A stretch of 64,000 bases of DNA from Pseudomonadota bacterium. GTDB lineage: Bacteria; Pseudomonadota; Gammaproteobacteria; Ga0077536. A program made the translations under genes and the position numbers. Below are positions 11,124 through 23,863 of this stretch, in pieces (the first letter of the stretch is position 1; every line of letters begins with the position of its first letter). The DNA lies in assembly GCA_036158955.1 (NCBI GenBank), contig JAYYFI010000012.1, forward strand, positions 1,945 through 65,944, given 5' to 3'. The notes under the pieces were generated by a model. That model did not search any database and was not told the origin of the DNA. It saw only the letters and a list, made by a program, of their open reading frames with translations.

Positions 11124-14100
11124 GTGAAAGATTTACTTGACCTTATAAAAAATCAGGGACATATGGACGAGTTCGACGCGATAAGTATTGGTCTTGCGTC
11201 GCCGGAGAAGATTAGATCGTGGTCTTTTGGTGAGGTCAAAAAACCTGAAACTATAAATTATAGGACTTTCAAGCCAGAGAGGGATGGACTTTTTTGCGCA
11301 AAAATATTCGGTCCAACTAAAGATTATGAGTGTTTATGCGGTAAATATAAAAGACTCAAGCATAGAGGTGTAGTTTGTGAAAAATGCGGGGTGGAAGTCA
11401 CATTAACAAAGGTCAGAAGAGAACGAATGGGTCACATAGAGCTAGCGAGCCCAGTTGCACATATATGGTTTTTGAAGTCTTTACCCTCACGAATGGGTTT
11501 GCTTTTAGATATGACATTACGTGAGATCGAAAGAGTCCTTTATTTTGAGGCTTATGCTGTAATAGAGCCCGGGATGACAGATTTAGAAAAAGGCCAACTC
11601 TTATCAGAGGAGAGTTATCTTGAGGCGGTAGAACAATGGGGGGATGAGTTTGAGGCTAAAATGGGGGCGGAAGCTATCCTAGAACTTCTTAAATTTGTAA
11701 ATTTATCGGATGAAATAGAATCTATACGAGAGGCTCTACCTAAAACTAATTCTGAAACTAAAATAAAAAAATTTACTAAACGATTGAAGCTTTTAGAAGC
11801 CTTCCAAAAATCTGGCAACGTTCCAGACTGGATGGTTCTCAAGGTGCTGCCTGTTTTACCGCCAGAGTTGCGTCCTCTTGTGCCTCTTGATGGTGGTAGA
11901 TTCGCAACATCGGATCTAAACGACCTATACAGAAGAGTGATTAATCGTAATAACAGATTGAAGAGATTGCTTGAATTAAATGCTCCTGACATTATCGTTA
12001 GAAATGAGAAGCGCATGTTACAGGAGTCGGTGGATGCGTTGCTTGATAATGGGCGTCGTGGGAGAGCGATAACTGGTTCTAATAAATTACCTTTAAAATC
12101 TTTAGCTGACATGATAAAAGGCAAGCAAGGGAGGTTTAGACAAAACCTTCTGGGTAAAAGAGTTGATTACTCTGGTAGGTCTGTGATCGTAGTAGGTCCC
12201 ACATTAAAGCTTCATCAATGCGGTTTACCAAAAAAGATGGCCCTCGAATTATTTAAACCATTCATTTTTAGTAAGTTAGAAAGACGTGGTTTAGCGACTA
12301 CTATAAAAGCAGCAAAGAAATTAGTGGAAAAAGAGGGTTCCGAGGTTTGGGATATTTTGGAGGAAGTTATACGAGAACATCCGGTCTTGCTTAATAGAGC
12401 TCCGACATTACACAGATTGGGTATTCAAGCTTTTGAACCGGTCCTAATAGAAGGCAAAGCAATCCAGCTTCATCCACTAGTGTGTACAGCGTTTAACGCA
12501 GATTTTGATGGCGATCAAATGGCCGTTCATGTTCCATTGTCTATAGAAGCTCAATTAGAAGCGAGAACTTTGATGATGTCTACGAATAATATTCTCTCGC
12601 CCGCTAATGGTGATCCTATAATTGTGCCGACCCAAGATGTTGTTCTGGGTCTTTATTATATGACTCGGGAATCTGCTAGTGCCGTCGGAAGTGGAATGAT
12701 ATTTTCTAATGTTGATGAGGCTCACAGAGCTTATGAAACTGGCGCAGCTAGTCTTCATGCAAAATGTAAGGTAAGGATGGATCTCAGTTTAAATACTGGT
12801 GATGGCCAAAGAATAGAAAAAAGAGAAATTATTGAAACGACAGTTGGTAGAGCTATTTTGTCCAAACTTCTACCAGAAGGTTTACCTTTTTCTTTGGTCA
12901 ACAAGCCTCTGAATAAAAGGGCTATCTCTCAAATGTTTGACTCCTGTTATCGAGCATTAGGTTTAAAAAAGTCAGTTATTTTTGCAGACAAGTTGATGTA
13001 TGCTGGATTTCACCACGCAACGCGTGCAGGTGTCTCGATTGGGGTGGAAGATATGGTTGTTCCGGAAGATAAAGAACAAATTATTCGTTCGGCAGAGGAG
13101 CAAGTGAACGAAATCGCTGAACAATACGCGTCTGGTTTAGTTACAACTGGGGAACGATACAATAAAACGGTGGATATTTGGTCTCACACAAACGATCAAG
13201 TTGCTAAGGCAATGATGGACAAATTGGGGACCGAGATGGTGAAGGACAAGGATGATGTTGAAGTCAAACAAGATTCCTTTAATTCTATATTTATGATGGC
13301 TGATTCGGGCGCAAGAGGTTCGGCGGCACAGATCAGACAGCTAGCTGGGATGAGAGGCTTGATGGCCAAACCGGATGGTTCGATTATTGAAACACCAATA
13401 ACGGCTAACTTTAGAGAAGGATTAAATGTCTTACAATATTTTATATCCACTCATGGGGCTAGAAAAGGGTTAGCTGATACCGCTCTAAAAACAGCTAATT
13501 CTGGATATTTGACTCGTCGATTGGTAGACGTCGCTCAGGATTTAGTAATCACCGAGAATGATTGTGGAACTGAAGAAGGTGTTTTAATGACGCCGATTAT
13601 TGAGGGTGGCGATGTAATAGAAGCTCTTGGAGATAGAATATTAGGTAGAGTTACGGCGCAAGATGTCCTCGATCCAGGTGGTAACCAGATCCTTTTACCA
13701 GCTGGTACTTTAATAGAAGAAAAGGATGTTGCCTTTTTAGATGAAAATGGCGCTGATGAGGTAATAGTTAGATCACCAATCACTTGTCAAACTAAATATG
13801 GTGTTTGCTCTAGTTGTTATGGAAGAGATTTGGGTAGGGGGCAGATTGCAGGGAGAGGAGAAGCGGTTGGAGTTATTGCTGCACAGTCAATTGGAGAACC
13901 TGGTACACAACTTACGATGAGAACATTTCATATCGGGGGAGCAGCTTCTCGAGCAGCTGCAAATAATAATGTTCAAATTAAATCGGGAGGTAATATTAAG
14001 TTTGTCAACCTTAAGACCGTCGCAAAAGCTGATGGTAACTTTGTTGCCGTATCTCGGTCTGGAGAGTTGGTTATAAATGACGGTAGTGGGAGAAGTCGAG

Positions 14101-15359
14101 AAAGACATAAAGTACCTTATGGTTCTTTGATAGTAGTAGCGGATGGTGCGCCGGTTAGCGCCGGGCAAGTTGTGGCTTCCTGGGATCCTCATACTAAGCC
14201 AATTATTACAGAACTGAACGGGGTAGCAGCATTTTCTGATATGGAGGATAACGTTACTGTCACTCATCGGCAAGACGATATAACTGGCTTATCAAGTTTG
14301 GTTGTAACCGACATGAAGCAACGTGGTCTGTCTTCTAAGGATATGAGACCGGCAATTAAAATCAACAATAAATCTGGAGTTAATCAAAATATTCCCGGGA
14401 CGGATGTGCCAGCTAATTACTTTTTACCACCAAACGCGATTGTTACCGTTTCTGATGGACAAGAAGTTTTTGTCGGTGATGTGGTGGCTCGTGTTCCGCA
14501 GGAGTCTTTAAAAACGAGAGATATTACAGGTGGTTTGCCTAGGGTTGCTGACCTTTTTGAAGCAAGAAGGCCAAAAGATCCAGCTGTTCTTGCAGAAGCT
14601 ACGGGGCTCGTTTCTTTTGGGAAAGATACAAAAGGCAAACAGAGAGTGGTGATAACAAATAAAAACAATGAGACATTCGAAACCCTTATTCCAAAGTGGA
14701 GGCAAGTCACGGTATTCGAGGGGGAGCAAGTCGAAAAAGGTGAAGTTATCTGCGATGGGCCGGCGGACGCTCATGACATTCTTCGTCTAAGAGGTGTGAG
14801 GGCATTAACAAACTATATCGTTAACGAGGTTCAAGAAGTTTATAGGCTTCAAGGTGTAAGTATAAATGAGAAGCACATCGAGGTAATTGTCCGACAGATG
14901 CTACGAAAAGTCGAAATCAAGCATCCTGGTGATACCGGATTTTTAAAAGGAGAGCAAATAGAAAGAGAATTATTTGTTGAAGAAAATGAAAGAGTTTTAG
15001 CAAAGGGTGGTGTGGAAGCCACTGGAGAGCAAATGTTGCTTGGAATAACTAAAGCATCATTGGCTACAGAATCATTCATATCAGCAGCTTCTTTTCAAGA
15101 AACGACTAGAGTATTAACAGAGGCGTCAGTTACTGGTAAGAAGGATGAACTCAGAGGCTTGAAAGAAAATGTAATAGTTGGCCGTTTGATACCTGCTGGT
15201 ACAGGCTATGCTTATCATAAAGATAGGAAAAAGCAGGATGTTAGGGTTAGCGAAGATGAGCTAAACGCTGAATTGATTGCTGAGCTTCAGGCCTCAGCAG
15301 AAACCGGTTCAAACGATAACGATTCTTCAGATCCTACTCCGTCTACTAAAAGCGCTTAA
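11124..15359 (+). CDS. rpoC: DNA-directed RNA polymerase subunit beta-prime
   Basis: GTG start, 1411 aa, N-terminal zinc motif CLCGKYK...CEKCG and catalytic motif NADFDGDQM. Confidence 0.99.
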   Translation: MKDLLDLIKNQGHMDEFDAISIGLASPEKIRSWSFGEVKKPETINYRTFKPERDGLFCAKIFGPTKDYECLCGKYKRLKHRGVVCEKCGVEVTLTKVRRERMGHIELASPVAHIWFLKSLPSRMGLLLDMTLREIERVLYFEAYAVIEPGMTDLEKGQLLSEESYLEAVEQWGDEFEAKMGAEAILELLKFVNLSDEIESIREALPKTNSETKIKKFTKRLKLLEAFQKSGNVPDWMVLKVLPVLPPELRPLVPLDGGRFATSDLNDLYRRVINRNNRLKRLLELNAPDIIVRNEKRMLQESVDALLDNGRRGRAITGSNKLPLKSLADMIKGKQGRFRQNLLGKRVDYSGRSVIVVGPTLKLHQCGLPKKMALELFKPFIFSKLERRGLATTIKAAKKLVEKEGSEVWDILEEVIREHPVLLNRAPTLHRLGIQAFEPVLIEGKAIQLHPLVCTAFNADFDGDQMAVHVPLSIEAQLEARTLMMSTNNILSPANGDPIIVPTQDVVLGLYYMTRESASAVGSGMIFSNVDEAHRAYETGAASLHAKCKVRMDLSLNTGDGQRIEKREIIETTVGRAILSKLLPEGLPFSLVNKPLNKRAISQMFDSCYRALGLKKSVIFADKLMYAGFHHATRAGVSIGVEDMVVPEDKEQIIRSAEEQVNEIAEQYASGLVTTGERYNKTVDIWSHTNDQVAKAMMDKLGTEMVKDKDDVEVKQDSFNSIFMMADSGARGSAAQIRQLAGMRGLMAKPDGSIIETPITANFREGLNVLQYFISTHGARKGLADTALKTANSGYLTRRLVDVAQDLVITENDCGTEEGVLMTPIIEGGDVIEALGDRILGRVTAQDVLDPGGNQILLPAGTLIEEKDVAFLDENGADEVIVRSPITCQTKYGVCSSCYGRDLGRGQIAGRGEAVGVIAAQSIGEPGTQLTMRTFHIGGAASRAAANNNVQIKSGGNIKFVNLKTVAKADGNFVAVSRSGELVINDGSGRSRERHKVPYGSLIVVADGAPVSAGQVVASWDPHTKPIITELNGVAAFSDMEDNVTVTHRQDDITGLSSLVVTDMKQRGLSSKDMRPAIKINNKSGVNQNIPGTDVPANYFLPPNAIVTVSDGQEVFVGDVVARVPQESLKTRDITGGLPRVADLFEARRPKDPAVLAEATGLVSFGKDTKGKQRVVITNKNNETFETLIPKWRQVTVFEGEQVEKGEVICDGPADAHDILRLRGVRALTNYIVNEVQEVYRLQGVSINEKHIEVIVRQMLRKVEIKHPGDTGFLKGEQIERELFVEENERVLAKGGVEATGEQMLLGITKASLATESFISAASFQETTRVLTEASVTGKKDELRGLKENVIVGRLIPAGTGYAYHKDRKKQDVRVSEDELNAELIAELQASAETGSNDNDSSDPTPSTKSA

Positions 15360-15394
15360 ATTGGTTTGAAATTGTTCTAATTAGGGGTATAATC

Positions 15395-15417
15395 CCCCGC
15401 TCCGGTGGGGTTTTTTT
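15395..15417 (+). terminator. rho-independent terminator after rpoC
   Basis: CCCCGC (15395-15400), loop TCCG, GTGGGG (15405-15410; one G-U pair), followed by T7 (15411-17). It begins 36 nt after the rpoC stop. Confidence 0.7.
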
Positions 15418-15515
15418 GTTCTATTGTGCGATTTTAAAAACAACGGTTCGAAAGCCGAAAAAACCTAGTACGGCATGATGGTCTTGGAGTATGAGATAAC
15501 TACAGAGATGGAAAA

Positions 15516-15890
15516 ATGGCAACAATAAATCAGTTGGTAAGAAAGCCGAGAAAAAAGCAGACTAAAAAAAGTAACGTTCCTGCTTTAGAAGCTAGCCCTC
15601 AAAAAAGAGGTGTGTGTACTCGAGTCTATACCACAACCCCGAAGAAGCCGAATTCGGCTTTACGTAAGGTCGCCAGGGTTCGATTAACGAACGGGCAAGA
15701 GGTAACTACCTATATTGGAGGCGAAGGGCATAATCTTCAAGAGCACTCTGTTATTCTAATTAGAGGGGGTCGAGTAAAAGATTTACCTGGTGTTCGTTAC
15801 CACACTGTTAGAGGTACTTTAGATACATCTGGAGTCGACGATAGAAAACAAGGTCGCTCCAAATACGGTGCGAAGCGCCCTAAAGCCTAA
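15516..15890 (+). CDS. rpsL: 30S ribosomal protein S12
   Basis: 124 aa starting [12 protein letters not shown], with [19 protein letters not shown]. Confidence 0.98.
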   Translation: MATINQLVRKPRKKQTKKSNVPALEASPQKRGVCTRVYTTTPKKPNSALRKVARVRLTNGQEVTTYIGGEGHNLQEHSVILIRGGRVKDLPGVRYHTVRGTLDTSGVDDRKQGRSKYGAKRPKA

Positions 15891-15908
15891 TTAAGGAAAT
15901 TTGATAAT

Positions 15909-16379
15909 ATGTCGAGACGCAGAACACCCGCGAAAAGAAACATCCTGCCTGATCCGAAGTACGGAGATAAGGTCATTGCGAAATTTATAAACATTGTTAT
16001 GACGGCAGGCAAAAAGTCCGTTGCGGAAAAAATAGTTTATGGGGCACTTCAAATTGTTTCTCAAAAGGGACACGAATCTGAGTTAGAGGCTTTTAAAGAA
16101 GCGCTTAATAATGTCGAACCTAGAGTTGAGGTGAAATCTAGGCGAGTGGGAGGCGCAACCTATCAAGTTCCAGTGGAGGTTAGACCAGACCGACGACTTG
16201 CATTAGCCATGAGATGGCTTGTAGATGCTGCAAGAAAGAGAAGCGAAAAATCTATGGGTGAGAGGCTTGCAGGTGAACTATTGGAGGCCTTTGATAACCG
16301 AGGCAATGCTGTAAAGAAACGGGAAGACACCCATAAAATGGCCGAGGCTAATAGAGCCTTTTCTCATTATCGTTGGTAA
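15909..16379 (+). CDS. rpsG: 30S ribosomal protein S7
   Basis: 156 aa starting [20 protein letters not shown] and ending NRAFSHYRW. Confidence 0.98.
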   Translation: MSRRRTPAKRNILPDPKYGDKVIAKFINIVMTAGKKSVAEKIVYGALQIVSQKGHESELEAFKEALNNVEPRVEVKSRRVGGATYQVPVEVRPDRRLALAMRWLVDAARKRSEKSMGERLAGELLEAFDNRGNAVKKREDTHKMAEANRAFSHYRW

Positions 16380-18493
16380 TGGGTGAAATTGTGTCTCGAG
16401 TAACTCCATTAAAAAATTACCGAAATATTGGCATCATGGCGCATATAGATGCAGGTAAGACTACCACCACTGAACGGATTCTCTACTACACTGGTATTTC
16501 CCATAAAATGGGCGAAGTTCATGATGGCTCGGCAACCATGGATTGGATGGAGCAAGAGCAAGAGAGGGGAATTACTATAACTTCTGCGGCAACTACTTGT
16601 TTTTGGTCTGGTACAAGTAATCAATACAATAGACACAGGATTAATTTAATAGATACCCCTGGCCATGTAGATTTTACGATAGAGGTAGAGCGTTCGTTGA
16701 GAATTTTAGATGGAGCGGTGGCTGTATTTTGTGCGGTTGGCGGAGTTGAGCCTCAATCAGAGACTGTTTGGAAACAGGCCGATAAATTCGATGTGCCAAG
16801 AATTGCATTTGTTAATAAAATGGACCGAACCGGTGCTAATTTTTTCCGTGTAATCGATCAGATTAAGGATAAATTGGGAGCTAAACCTTTACCCCTTCAG
16901 ATTCCAATAGGGAATGAGCGTTCTTTCGATGGTGTTGTCGACCTAATCGGAATGAAAGCCCTCTATTGGGACGATGCTTCTCTGGGAGTTAAAATCACTA
17001 GCGGGGAGATTCCTATAGAATTGAAAGAGCAATCTCTTAGATTAAGATCGGAACTAGAGGGCATAGCCGCTGAAGCATCGGATGAACTAACAGAAAAATA
17101 TTTGGAGAAGGGCTGCTTGACCTCGGAAGAAATTAAAATTGGATTACGAATTTTGACTCTTGGTAATAATCTTGTGCCGGTTATCTGTGGTTCTGCGTTT
17201 AAAAATAAGGGTGTTCAGGCAATATTAGACGGAGTTATAGACTATTTGCCAGCACCAATTGATATACCGAATATAAATTTTTCAGATTGTGAGGGAAATA
17301 ATTTTATAACTAAAGATGACACTGCGCCATTCGCTGCATTAGTCTTTAAAATTTCAATAGACCCATTTGTAGGCACACTATCTTTTTTGAGGGTCTATAG
17401 GGGTAAAATGAAATGCGGTGATATTGTAGTAAACGCTTTAAGTAATAAGAAAGAAAAAGTCAATCGATTGCTTCAAATGCACGCAAATAGTCGAGTTGAT
17501 ATTAACGAGGTCTCGGCAGGAGATATTGTGGCAGCAGTGGGTTTGAAACACGTTCAAACTGGAGTCACTTTGTGCGATCCAGAAGAGGTTATCACACTCG
17601 AAACAATTCGTGCTCCACAGCCAGTTATATCGGTTGCTATTGAGCCCTCTACGGTAGGTGATCAGGCAAAAATGGCAGAAGCTCTTAAGAAGTTATCGTT
17701 GGAGGATCCATCACTTCAAGTTAGTGAGGATAAAGAGTCGACCCAAACATTGGTTTCCGGCATGGGTGAATTACACCTAGATATAACAATCGACCGAATG
17801 AGGCGAGAGTTCGGAGTTGACGCCAATATTGGAAGTCCTCAAGTTTCATATCGAGAGACAATTTCAGCAGAAGCGGTCAATGTTGAAGAAGAATTCGATA
17901 GACTTATAGGTGATAAGAGACATTATGGTAGCGTGGTTGTTAACGTGGTTCCGCTTGCCAGAGGCCAGGGGTTTAAGTTCGATGCTAATATTAGTGAACA
18001 GATCATTCCGAGTAAGTTTCTACCAATAATCAAGAGTGGAATCGAAGAAGCTTTGAAGGACGGTGTGTTAGCGGGATTTGAGCTAGTTGATATTTCTGTG
18101 ATTCTATCGGGTGGTAACTTTCATGAAGTAGATTCATCCGAAATGGCCTTTAAAGTAGCAGCTTCTATGGCTTTTAAAAAAGCGGTTTCTCAGGCTTCGC
18201 CCTGTCTTTTAGAGCCGGTTATGGAAGTGGAGATTAACACTCCTATCGAATATCAAGGTGTTTTAAGTAGCGACCTGAATAAAAGAAGAGGGGTGCTTAA
18301 AGGGACAGGGGATTCGGCTGCTGGCTTATCGATGAGTTGTGATGTCCCATTAGCTGAAATGTTTGGTTATGCAACGGAGATAAGATCATTGACGAAGGGC
18401 AGAGGAACGTTTTCGATGGAATTCTCTCACTACGAAAATGCCCCGTCAAATGTTCTTGACAAATTCGGGCTAGGAATTAAGAGTGCAATTTAA
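16379..18493 (+). CDS. fusA: translation elongation factor G
   Basis: [12 protein letters not shown] and DTPGHVDF motifs, about 704 aa. I set the start at ATG 16379, which overlaps the rpsG stop (TAATG). The track TTG 16373 and GTG 16391 are alternatives. Confidence 0.97.
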   Translation: MGEIVSRVTPLKNYRNIGIMAHIDAGKTTTTERILYYTGISHKMGEVHDGSATMDWMEQEQERGITITSAATTCFWSGTSNQYNRHRINLIDTPGHVDFTIEVERSLRILDGAVAVFCAVGGVEPQSETVWKQADKFDVPRIAFVNKMDRTGANFFRVIDQIKDKLGAKPLPLQIPIGNERSFDGVVDLIGMKALYWDDASLGVKITSGEIPIELKEQSLRLRSELEGIAAEASDELTEKYLEKGCLTSEEIKIGLRILTLGNNLVPVICGSAFKNKGVQAILDGVIDYLPAPIDIPNINFSDCEGNNFITKDDTAPFAALVFKISIDPFVGTLSFLRVYRGKMKCGDIVVNALSNKKEKVNRLLQMHANSRVDINEVSAGDIVAAVGLKHVQTGVTLCDPEEVITLETIRAPQPVISVAIEPSTVGDQAKMAEALKKLSLEDPSLQVSEDKESTQTLVSGMGELHLDITIDRMRREFGVDANIGSPQVSYRETISAEAVNVEEEFDRLIGDKRHYGSVVVNVVPLARGQGFKFDANISEQIIPSKFLPIIKSGIEEALKDGVLAGFELVDISVILSGGNFHEVDSSEMAFKVAASMAFKKAVSQASPCLLEPVMEVEINTPIEYQGVLSSDLNKRRGVLKGTGDSAAGLSMSCDVPLAEMFGYATEIRSLTKGRGTFSMEFSHYENAPSNVLDKFGLGIKSAI

Positions 18494-18511
18494 TCTAAAG
18501 AGATCGCAATT

Positions 18512-18823
18512 ATGAGTGAAAATACAATAAGAATAAGGTTGAAAGCATTCGATCATAGGCTGATTGATCAGTCAACCAGAGAAATAGTGGAAACCGCTAG
18601 ACGGACTGGGGCGCAAATCAAGGGGCCAATCCCATTACCTACAAAAAAAGAAAGATTTACAGTTTTAATTTCTCCTCACGTAAATAAAGATGCGCGAGAT
18701 CAGTATGAGATAAGAACTCACAAAAGACTCTTAGATATTGTTAATCCCACTGATAAAACTGTTGATGCGCTAATGAAACTTGATTTAGCGGCCGGTGTAG
18801 ATGTTCAGATTAAGTTGAATTAG
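18512..18823 (+). CDS. rpsJ: 30S ribosomal protein S10
   Basis: 103 aa with [16 protein letters not shown]. Only 18 nt after fusA. Confidence 0.98.
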   Translation: MSENTIRIRLKAFDHRLIDQSTREIVETARRTGAQIKGPIPLPTKKERFTVLISPHVNKDARDQYEIRTHKRLLDIVNPTDKTVDALMKLDLAAGVDVQIKLN

Positions 18824-18831
18824 GAAAAGAG

Positions 18832-19482
18832 ATGAGCTTAGGACTAATTGGAATAAAACAGGGAATGACCAGGATTTTTGAGGATAGCGGGACCTCGGTG
18901 CCTGTTACGGTGATATCTATCAACGGTAATTTTATATCTCGTTTAAAAACCATCGAAACCGACGGGTATAATGCGGTACAGATAGCTTACGGGGAGCAAT
19001 TAACAAGCCGGTTGGAGCGTCCTATAATTGGAGAGCTTAAAAAAGCAAAACTGGCGACTGCTAAGGGTTTTAAAGAGTTTAGGGTTGCCGAGACGATATT
19101 ATCAGATTTAGAAATTGGGAAAGAACTTAGGGTTGATATTTTTTCTGAGGGCCAGTTCGTTGATACTTCAGGAGTTACTATTGGAAAGGGGTTCGCAGGT
19201 ACTGTTAAGAGGCACAATTTCAGCATGCAAGATGCAACTCACGGTAATTCTCTTTCACACAGGGTTGCGGGCTCTATTGGACAATGCCAAACTCCAGGTC
19301 GGGTTTTCAAAGGGAAAAAAATGGCGGGTCAAATGGGAAATAAAAAAAGAACCATGCAGAAATTAGAGATAATTAAAATCGATAAAGAGAAGAACGTCAT
19401 CCTTTTGAAGGGTGCAACGCCAGGTGCAAAAGGTTCTTTAATTGAAATTACAAGTTCTGTTAAGGCCAATAGGAAAGAATGA
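18832..19482 (+). CDS. rplC: 50S ribosomal protein L3
   Basis: 216 aa starting MSLGLIGIKQGMTRIF, with KGFAGTVKRHNF. Confidence 0.98.
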   Translation: MSLGLIGIKQGMTRIFEDSGTSVPVTVISINGNFISRLKTIETDGYNAVQIAYGEQLTSRLERPIIGELKKAKLATAKGFKEFRVAETILSDLEIGKELRVDIFSEGQFVDTSGVTIGKGFAGTVKRHNFSMQDATHGNSLSHRVAGSIGQCQTPGRVFKGKKMAGQMGNKKRTMQKLEIIKIDKEKNVILLKGATPGAKGSLIEITSSVKANRKE

Positions 19483-20099
19483 TGGGAACAGTGGTAACAG
19501 TTCAAAATGCTAGCAAAAAGCAGGAGATAACCTTGGCGGATAGCATCTTTGCTGTTGATTACAAAGAGGCCTTGGTGCATCAAGTGGTTACGGCCTATCA
19601 GTCTGGCGGAAGGTCAGGGTCTAAGGCTCAGAAAAACCGTTCAGATGTTAGTGGTGGAGGTGCCAAGCCTTGGCGGCAAAAAGGCACAGGTCGCGCGCGA
19701 GCTGGAACCTCAAGAAGTCCTATTTGGAGAGGTGGTGGTCGGGCATTTGCTGCGACTCCTAGAAACTTTGGGCAAAAAATTAATAAAAAGATGTATAAAA
19801 CAGCGCTTCGATCGATGCTTTCGGAGTTATTGAGGCAAAAAAGGATTTCTATAATTGAGAGTTTAGTATTCGAGGCTCCTAAAACAAAAAAGGCTAAAGA
19901 ACTTCTAACGCAATTAAAGGTCGATTCTGCTTTATTTATAACCACTGATCTTGAAAAAAATACTGTTTTATCTTTGAGGAATATACCTTCTACTGAGGTT
20001 ATTGAAGTTTCTGAGTTAAATCCTCTCTCTATTATGCAATACGAGAATTTGATATTCACTTGTGATGCTGTAACGAAAATTGAGGACTTGCTTACATGA
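19479..20099 (+). CDS. rplD: 50S ribosomal protein L4
   Basis: 206 aa with KPWRQKGTGRARAGTSRSPIWRGGGRAF. ATGA overlap with rplC. Confidence 0.97.
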   Translation: MMGTVVTVQNASKKQEITLADSIFAVDYKEALVHQVVTAYQSGGRSGSKAQKNRSDVSGGGAKPWRQKGTGRARAGTSRSPIWRGGGRAFAATPRNFGQKINKKMYKTALRSMLSELLRQKRISIIESLVFEAPKTKKAKELLTQLKVDSALFITTDLEKNTVLSLRNIPSTEVIEVSELNPLSIMQYENLIFTCDAVTKIEDLLT

Positions 20100-20392
20100 A
20101 TCAAGAACGACTTTACAAGATTATTGTAAGACCAAGACTTTCTGAAAAAAACTCGAGAATCTCTGAGTTGGGCAACCAATATGTCTTTGAAGTGCTAAAT
20201 GACGCGACGAAGACGGAGATCAAAAATGCTGTAGAGTTATCTTTCAACGTAGAAGTGAAATCTGTAAGCACCTCTTTGGTTAGGGCTAAGCGAAAAATGT
20301 TTAGAGGAAGAATGGGGGTAACAAAAGCTTGGAAAAAAGCTTTTGTGCGGTTGAAAGATGGATTTGAAATAGATTTTATGGCGGCGGAGTAG
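20096..20392 (+). CDS. rplW: 50S ribosomal protein L23
   Basis: 98 aa in S10-operon order. ATGA overlap with rplD. Confidence 0.95.
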   Translation: MNQERLYKIIVRPRLSEKNSRISELGNQYVFEVLNDATKTEIKNAVELSFNVEVKSVSTSLVRAKRKMFRGRMGVTKAWKKAFVRLKDGFEIDFMAAE

Positions 20393-20396
20393 AAAT

Positions 20397-21227
20397 ATGG
20401 TATTAAAACGTGCAAAGCCCACATCGCCTGGAAGAAGAGGCGCGGTATTAAGTAAAACACCAGATTTGTGGAAAGGTAAACCTGAAAAAGGCTTGCTTGG
20501 ACATCAATCTAGACGCGCTGGTAGAAATAATTCTGGAAGGATTACCGTCAGACACCGGGGTGGAGGTCACAAACAAAGATATAGGTTTATTGACTTTAAG
20601 AGAACAATGGATGGTATCCCGGCCTTGGTTTCTCGTATTGAATATGATCCCAATCGGACAGCTCATATCGCACTTTTGGTTTACGAAAACGGTTCTAAAT
20701 CATATATCGTTGCTCCCAAAGGACTTGAAATAGGGGCTTCGCTGAAATCGGGCCCAGACGCATCGATTCAGACGGGAAATTGCTTGCCACTAAAAAATAT
20801 TCCCGTCGGTAGTATTGTGCATTGTGTCGAAATGAAGCCAGGGAAAGGGGCGCAAATTGGTAGAAGTGCTGGCAGCTCGGTTCAATTTGTAGCAAAAGAG
20901 AATAACTACGCCACACTTCGTCTTAGATCAGGCGAGATGAGACGCGTTCTTTTAGATTGCAGGGCAACTATCGGTGAAGTTGGGAATTCAGAGCATTCCC
21001 TTAGGTCTTTCGGAAAAGCTGGAGCTAAAAGATGGTTAGGGATTAGGCCTACAGTAAGAGGAGTAGCCATGAATCCTGTCGATCATCCGCATGGAGGTGG
21101 TGAAGGCCGTTCTTCCGGAGGAAGACACCCGGTGAGTCCATGGGGCGTTCCTACCAAGGGTCATAAAACAAGGTCTAATAAGAGGACCGACAAATTTATA
21201 GTGCGTTCAAGAAGTAAAAAGAGATAG
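20397..21227 (+). CDS. rplB: 50S ribosomal protein L2
   Basis: 276 aa with [14 protein letters not shown]. Confidence 0.98.
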   Translation: MVLKRAKPTSPGRRGAVLSKTPDLWKGKPEKGLLGHQSRRAGRNNSGRITVRHRGGGHKQRYRFIDFKRTMDGIPALVSRIEYDPNRTAHIALLVYENGSKSYIVAPKGLEIGASLKSGPDASIQTGNCLPLKNIPVGSIVHCVEMKPGKGAQIGRSAGSSVQFVAKENNYATLRLRSGEMRRVLLDCRATIGEVGNSEHSLRSFGKAGAKRWLGIRPTVRGVAMNPVDHPHGGGEGRSSGGRHPVSPWGVPTKGHKTRSNKRTDKFIVRSRSKKR

Positions 21228-21238
21228 GATAATCTAAG

Positions 21239-21511
21239 ATGCCAAGATCACTTAAAAAGGGCCCCCATTTAGACCATCACTTAGTCAAAAAAGTGGAAGA
21301 AGCTAAAAAAAATAACGACAAGAAGCCAATAAAAACTTGGTCCAGGCGTTCAATGATTTCACCGGATATGGTTGGTTTAACCATATCGGTCTATAATGGG
21401 AGGCAACATATTCCTGTATTTATAACTGAGAATATGGTTGGTCACAAACTTGGTGAGTTTTCTCCCACCAGAACTTACCGCGGACATGTAGCGGATAAAA
21501 AAACGAAATAA
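21239..21511 (+). CDS. rpsS: 30S ribosomal protein S19
   Basis: 90 aa starting [15 protein letters not shown], with [24 protein letters not shown]. Confidence 0.98.
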   Translation: MPRSLKKGPHLDHHLVKKVEEAKKNNDKKPIKTWSRRSMISPDMVGLTISVYNGRQHIPVFITENMVGHKLGEFSPTRTYRGHVADKKTK

Positions 21512-21522
21512 AGGCTTAAGCA

Positions 21523-21864
21523 ATGACGGCAGTACCAGCGAAGATAAGGAATGCAAGAATCTCGGCGCAAAAGATGAGGCTAGTGGCGGATCAAATACGT
21601 GGAATGCCTGTTGAAGAGGCCCTAGATCTTTTAACTTTTAGCGAAAAAAAAGCCGCAAAATTTATCTCGAAGGCATTAAATTCGGCTGTAGCAAATGCTG
21701 AGCATAATAACAATTTAGATATCGATGAACTCGTAGTTTCTTCTATATCTGTTGATGAAGGCCCCACTTTGAAAAGGTGGCGAGCTCGTGCTAGGGGTAG
21801 GGCTGCCAAAATTCTCAAACGCAGCAGTCACATCTCTCTCGTTTTAGAAGTAATGGAGGACTGA
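21523..21864 (+). CDS. rplV: 50S ribosomal protein L22
   Basis: 113 aa with [15 protein letters not shown] and [16 protein letters not shown]. Confidence 0.97.
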   Translation: MTAVPAKIRNARISAQKMRLVADQIRGMPVEEALDLLTFSEKKAAKFISKALNSAVANAEHNNNLDIDELVVSSISVDEGPTLKRWRARARGRAAKILKRSSHISLVLEVMED

Positions 21865-21866
21865 AA

Positions 21867-22553
21867 ATGGGTCAAAAAGTACACCCCTATGGATTTAGAC
21901 TAGGAGTCGCTACAGACTGGACCTCGACTTGGTACGTGGAGAGTAAGGATTATTCTAAATATCTGCTAACAGATTTAAAGGTCAGAGATTTTCTAAAGAA
22001 AAAACTTTCACAGGCTTCAGTTAGTAAAATTCAAATAGAAAGACCGGCCAACACTGCTCGGATCGTGATTCATACAGCGAGACCAGGAATTGTAATTGGT
22101 AAGAAAGGTGAGGATATTGAAGTCTTAAGAAAAACCGTTTCCGATATGATGGGAATCCCTGCTCATATAAACGTCGAAGAGATTAGAAAGCCTGAACTAG
22201 ATTCTTTTTTAGTGGCTCAATCCGTTGCGCAACAATTGGAAAGACGGATAATGTTTAGACGTGCAATGAAGAGGGCGGTATCTAATGCTATAAGATTAGG
22301 CAGTGAAGGAATTAAAATTAATGTTTCCGGACGCTTGAATGGTGCTGAGATAGCAAGATCAGAATGGTATCGAGAAGGTAGAGTTCCCCTTCATACGCTC
22401 CGTGCTGACATAGATTATGGATTTGCTGAAGCTGCTACAACCTACGGTATAATTGGAGTTAAGGTTTGGATTTTCAAGGGAAATAAAGGTTCAAAAGAAG
22501 ATGACGTCGTTGATCCACGTCCGAACTCGGCTGAAAGTAAACCTTCATCATGA
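21867..22553 (+). CDS. rpsC: 30S ribosomal protein S3
   Basis: 228 aa starting [13 protein letters not shown], with KH-domain segment [12 protein letters not shown]. Confidence 0.98.
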   Translation: MGQKVHPYGFRLGVATDWTSTWYVESKDYSKYLLTDLKVRDFLKKKLSQASVSKIQIERPANTARIVIHTARPGIVIGKKGEDIEVLRKTVSDMMGIPAHINVEEIRKPELDSFLVAQSVAQQLERRIMFRRAMKRAVSNAIRLGSEGIKINVSGRLNGAEIARSEWYREGRVPLHTLRADIDYGFAEAATTYGIIGVKVWIFKGNKGSKEDDVVDPRPNSAESKPSS

Positions 22554-22574
22554 ATTAGAAAGGATTGAATTCAT

Positions 22575-22988
22575 ATGTTACAACCAAAAAATACTAAGTT
22601 TAGAAAACAGCAGAAAGGGCGCAATCGAGGATTAGCTCACAGAGGGAGTACCATTTGCTTTGGAGATTTCGGTTTGAAAGCTACTTCTTCCGGTCGTATT
22701 ACCGCAAGGCAAATAGAAGCTGCGAGACGCGCAATAACTCGTTATGTCAAAAGAGGGGCAAAAATATGGATTCGAGCCTTTCCTGATAAACCTATTACGA
22801 AGAAGCCTCTTGAAGTTCGTCAGGGAAAAGGAAAAGGTAACGTGGAATATTGGGTAGCCCAGATCCGACCTGGTGCAGTGCTGTACGAAATGGAAGGAGT
22901 TTCCGAGGAAGTTGCTAGAGAGGCGTTGCGCCTGGCAAGCGCAAAACTGTCAGTTAGAACAACTTTTGCAGCGAGGGAAGTAATGTGA
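22575..22988 (+). CDS. rplP: 50S ribosomal protein L16
   Basis: 137 aa starting [19 protein letters not shown]. Confidence 0.98.
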   Translation: MLQPKNTKFRKQQKGRNRGLAHRGSTICFGDFGLKATSSGRITARQIEAARRAITRYVKRGAKIWIRAFPDKPITKKPLEVRQGKGKGNVEYWVAQIRPGAVLYEMEGVSEEVAREALRLASAKLSVRTTFAAREVM

Positions 22989-22993
22989 CCGCA

Positions 22994-23188
22994 ATGAAGC
23001 AGTTTAAGGATAAGTCAGCGCAAGAATTGAGCGCGCAACTAATTGAACTTAGAAAAAAACAGTTCGGTTTGAGAATGCAACAGGGTAGTGGGCAACCAGT
23101 TAAACCGAGCGAGATTAAGTCGACCAGAAAAGATATCGCTCGTATCAAGACAATGCTTAATATGCTCGAATCAGAGGTAACAAATTAA
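22994..23188 (+). CDS. rpmC: 50S ribosomal protein L29
   Basis: [29 protein letters not shown] aligns from the ATG at 22994 with the E. coli L29 N-terminus as I recall it. The track GTG at 22985 would add three residues. Confidence 0.93.
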   Translation: MKQFKDKSAQELSAQLIELRKKQFGLRMQQGSGQPVKPSEIKSTRKDIARIKTMLNMLESEVTN

Positions 23189-23454
23189 TGAATCATTCAG
23201 AAAATAGGGCGAGAAGCGTTAATGGAACCGTAGTAAGTTGTAAAATGGACAAAACCATTTTAGTTTTGGTCGAACGTCGAATAAAGCACCCGCTCTATAG
23301 AAAATTTGTTAGAAAATCGAGTAAACTCATGGCCCATGACGAGGATTCGGTCTGTTCAGAGGGAGATATTGTTTCAATAGAGGAATGCAGGCCTATATCA
23401 AAAAATAAAAGTTGGAAGCTTAGGGAATTGATTAAAAAGTCTGAAAAGATTTGA
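23188..23454 (+). CDS. rpsQ: 30S ribosomal protein S17
   Basis: 88 aa with [28 protein letters not shown]. Its start shares one base with the rpmC stop (TAATG). Confidence 0.97.
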   Translation: MNHSENRARSVNGTVVSCKMDKTILVLVERRIKHPLYRKFVRKSSKLMAHDEDSVCSEGDIVSIEECRPISKNKSWKLRELIKKSEKI

Positions 23455-23471
23455 ATCGGAGGTATGAATAG

Positions 23472-23840
23472 ATGATCCAAATGCAAACAGTTCTGCAAGC
23501 TGCCGATAATAGTGGTGCTAGAAGGTTAATGTGTATAAAAGTTCTGGGAGGCTCTAAGCGGAGGTATGCTGGCATAGGGGATGTTATTAAAGTAACGATA
23601 AAAGAAGCTATCCCGCGAGGAAAGGTAAAAAAAGGTGATGTTTTCGACGCAGTTGTTGTCAGGACAAAGAAGGGTGTCAGAAGGCCAGATGGGTCTTTAA
23701 TACGTTTTGATGGTAACGCAGCCGTTTTACTAGACAAACAACTCAATCCCGTGGGAACTCGTATCTTTGGTCCTGTTACGAGAGAGTTACGAACTGAGAA
23801 GTTCATGAGAATAGTATCCCTGGCACCCGAAGTATTGTAA
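23472..23840 (+). CDS. rplN: 50S ribosomal protein L14
   Basis: 122 aa starting [28 protein letters not shown]. Confidence 0.98.
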   Translation: MIQMQTVLQAADNSGARRLMCIKVLGGSKRRYAGIGDVIKVTIKEAIPRGKVKKGDVFDAVVVRTKKGVRRPDGSLIRFDGNAAVLLDKQLNPVGTRIFGPVTRELRTEKFMRIVSLAPEVL

Positions 23841-23863
23841 ATGTTTAAGGCTGGACAATTTAG

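Noticed and set aside
11615-12124. Long antisense ORFs inside core genes: for example 11615-12124 (169 aa) in rpoC, 19628-20179 (183 aa) in rplD/rplW, 4946-5350 in rplA, 23432-23806 in rplN, and 13887-14273 and 14417-14774 in rpoC.
   Set aside because: All of them lie entirely within, and antisense or out of frame to, genes with unambiguous conserved products. Their translations are low-complexity (Ser/Leu/Ile-rich) with no motifs. They are shadow ORFs, as expected in AT-rich DNA.
19115-19833. Same-strand alternative-frame ORFs 19115-19366 (83 aa) and 19549-19833 (94 aa) within rplC and rplD.
   Set aside because: They are out of frame inside highly conserved ribosomal protein genes, with no SD and no motifs.
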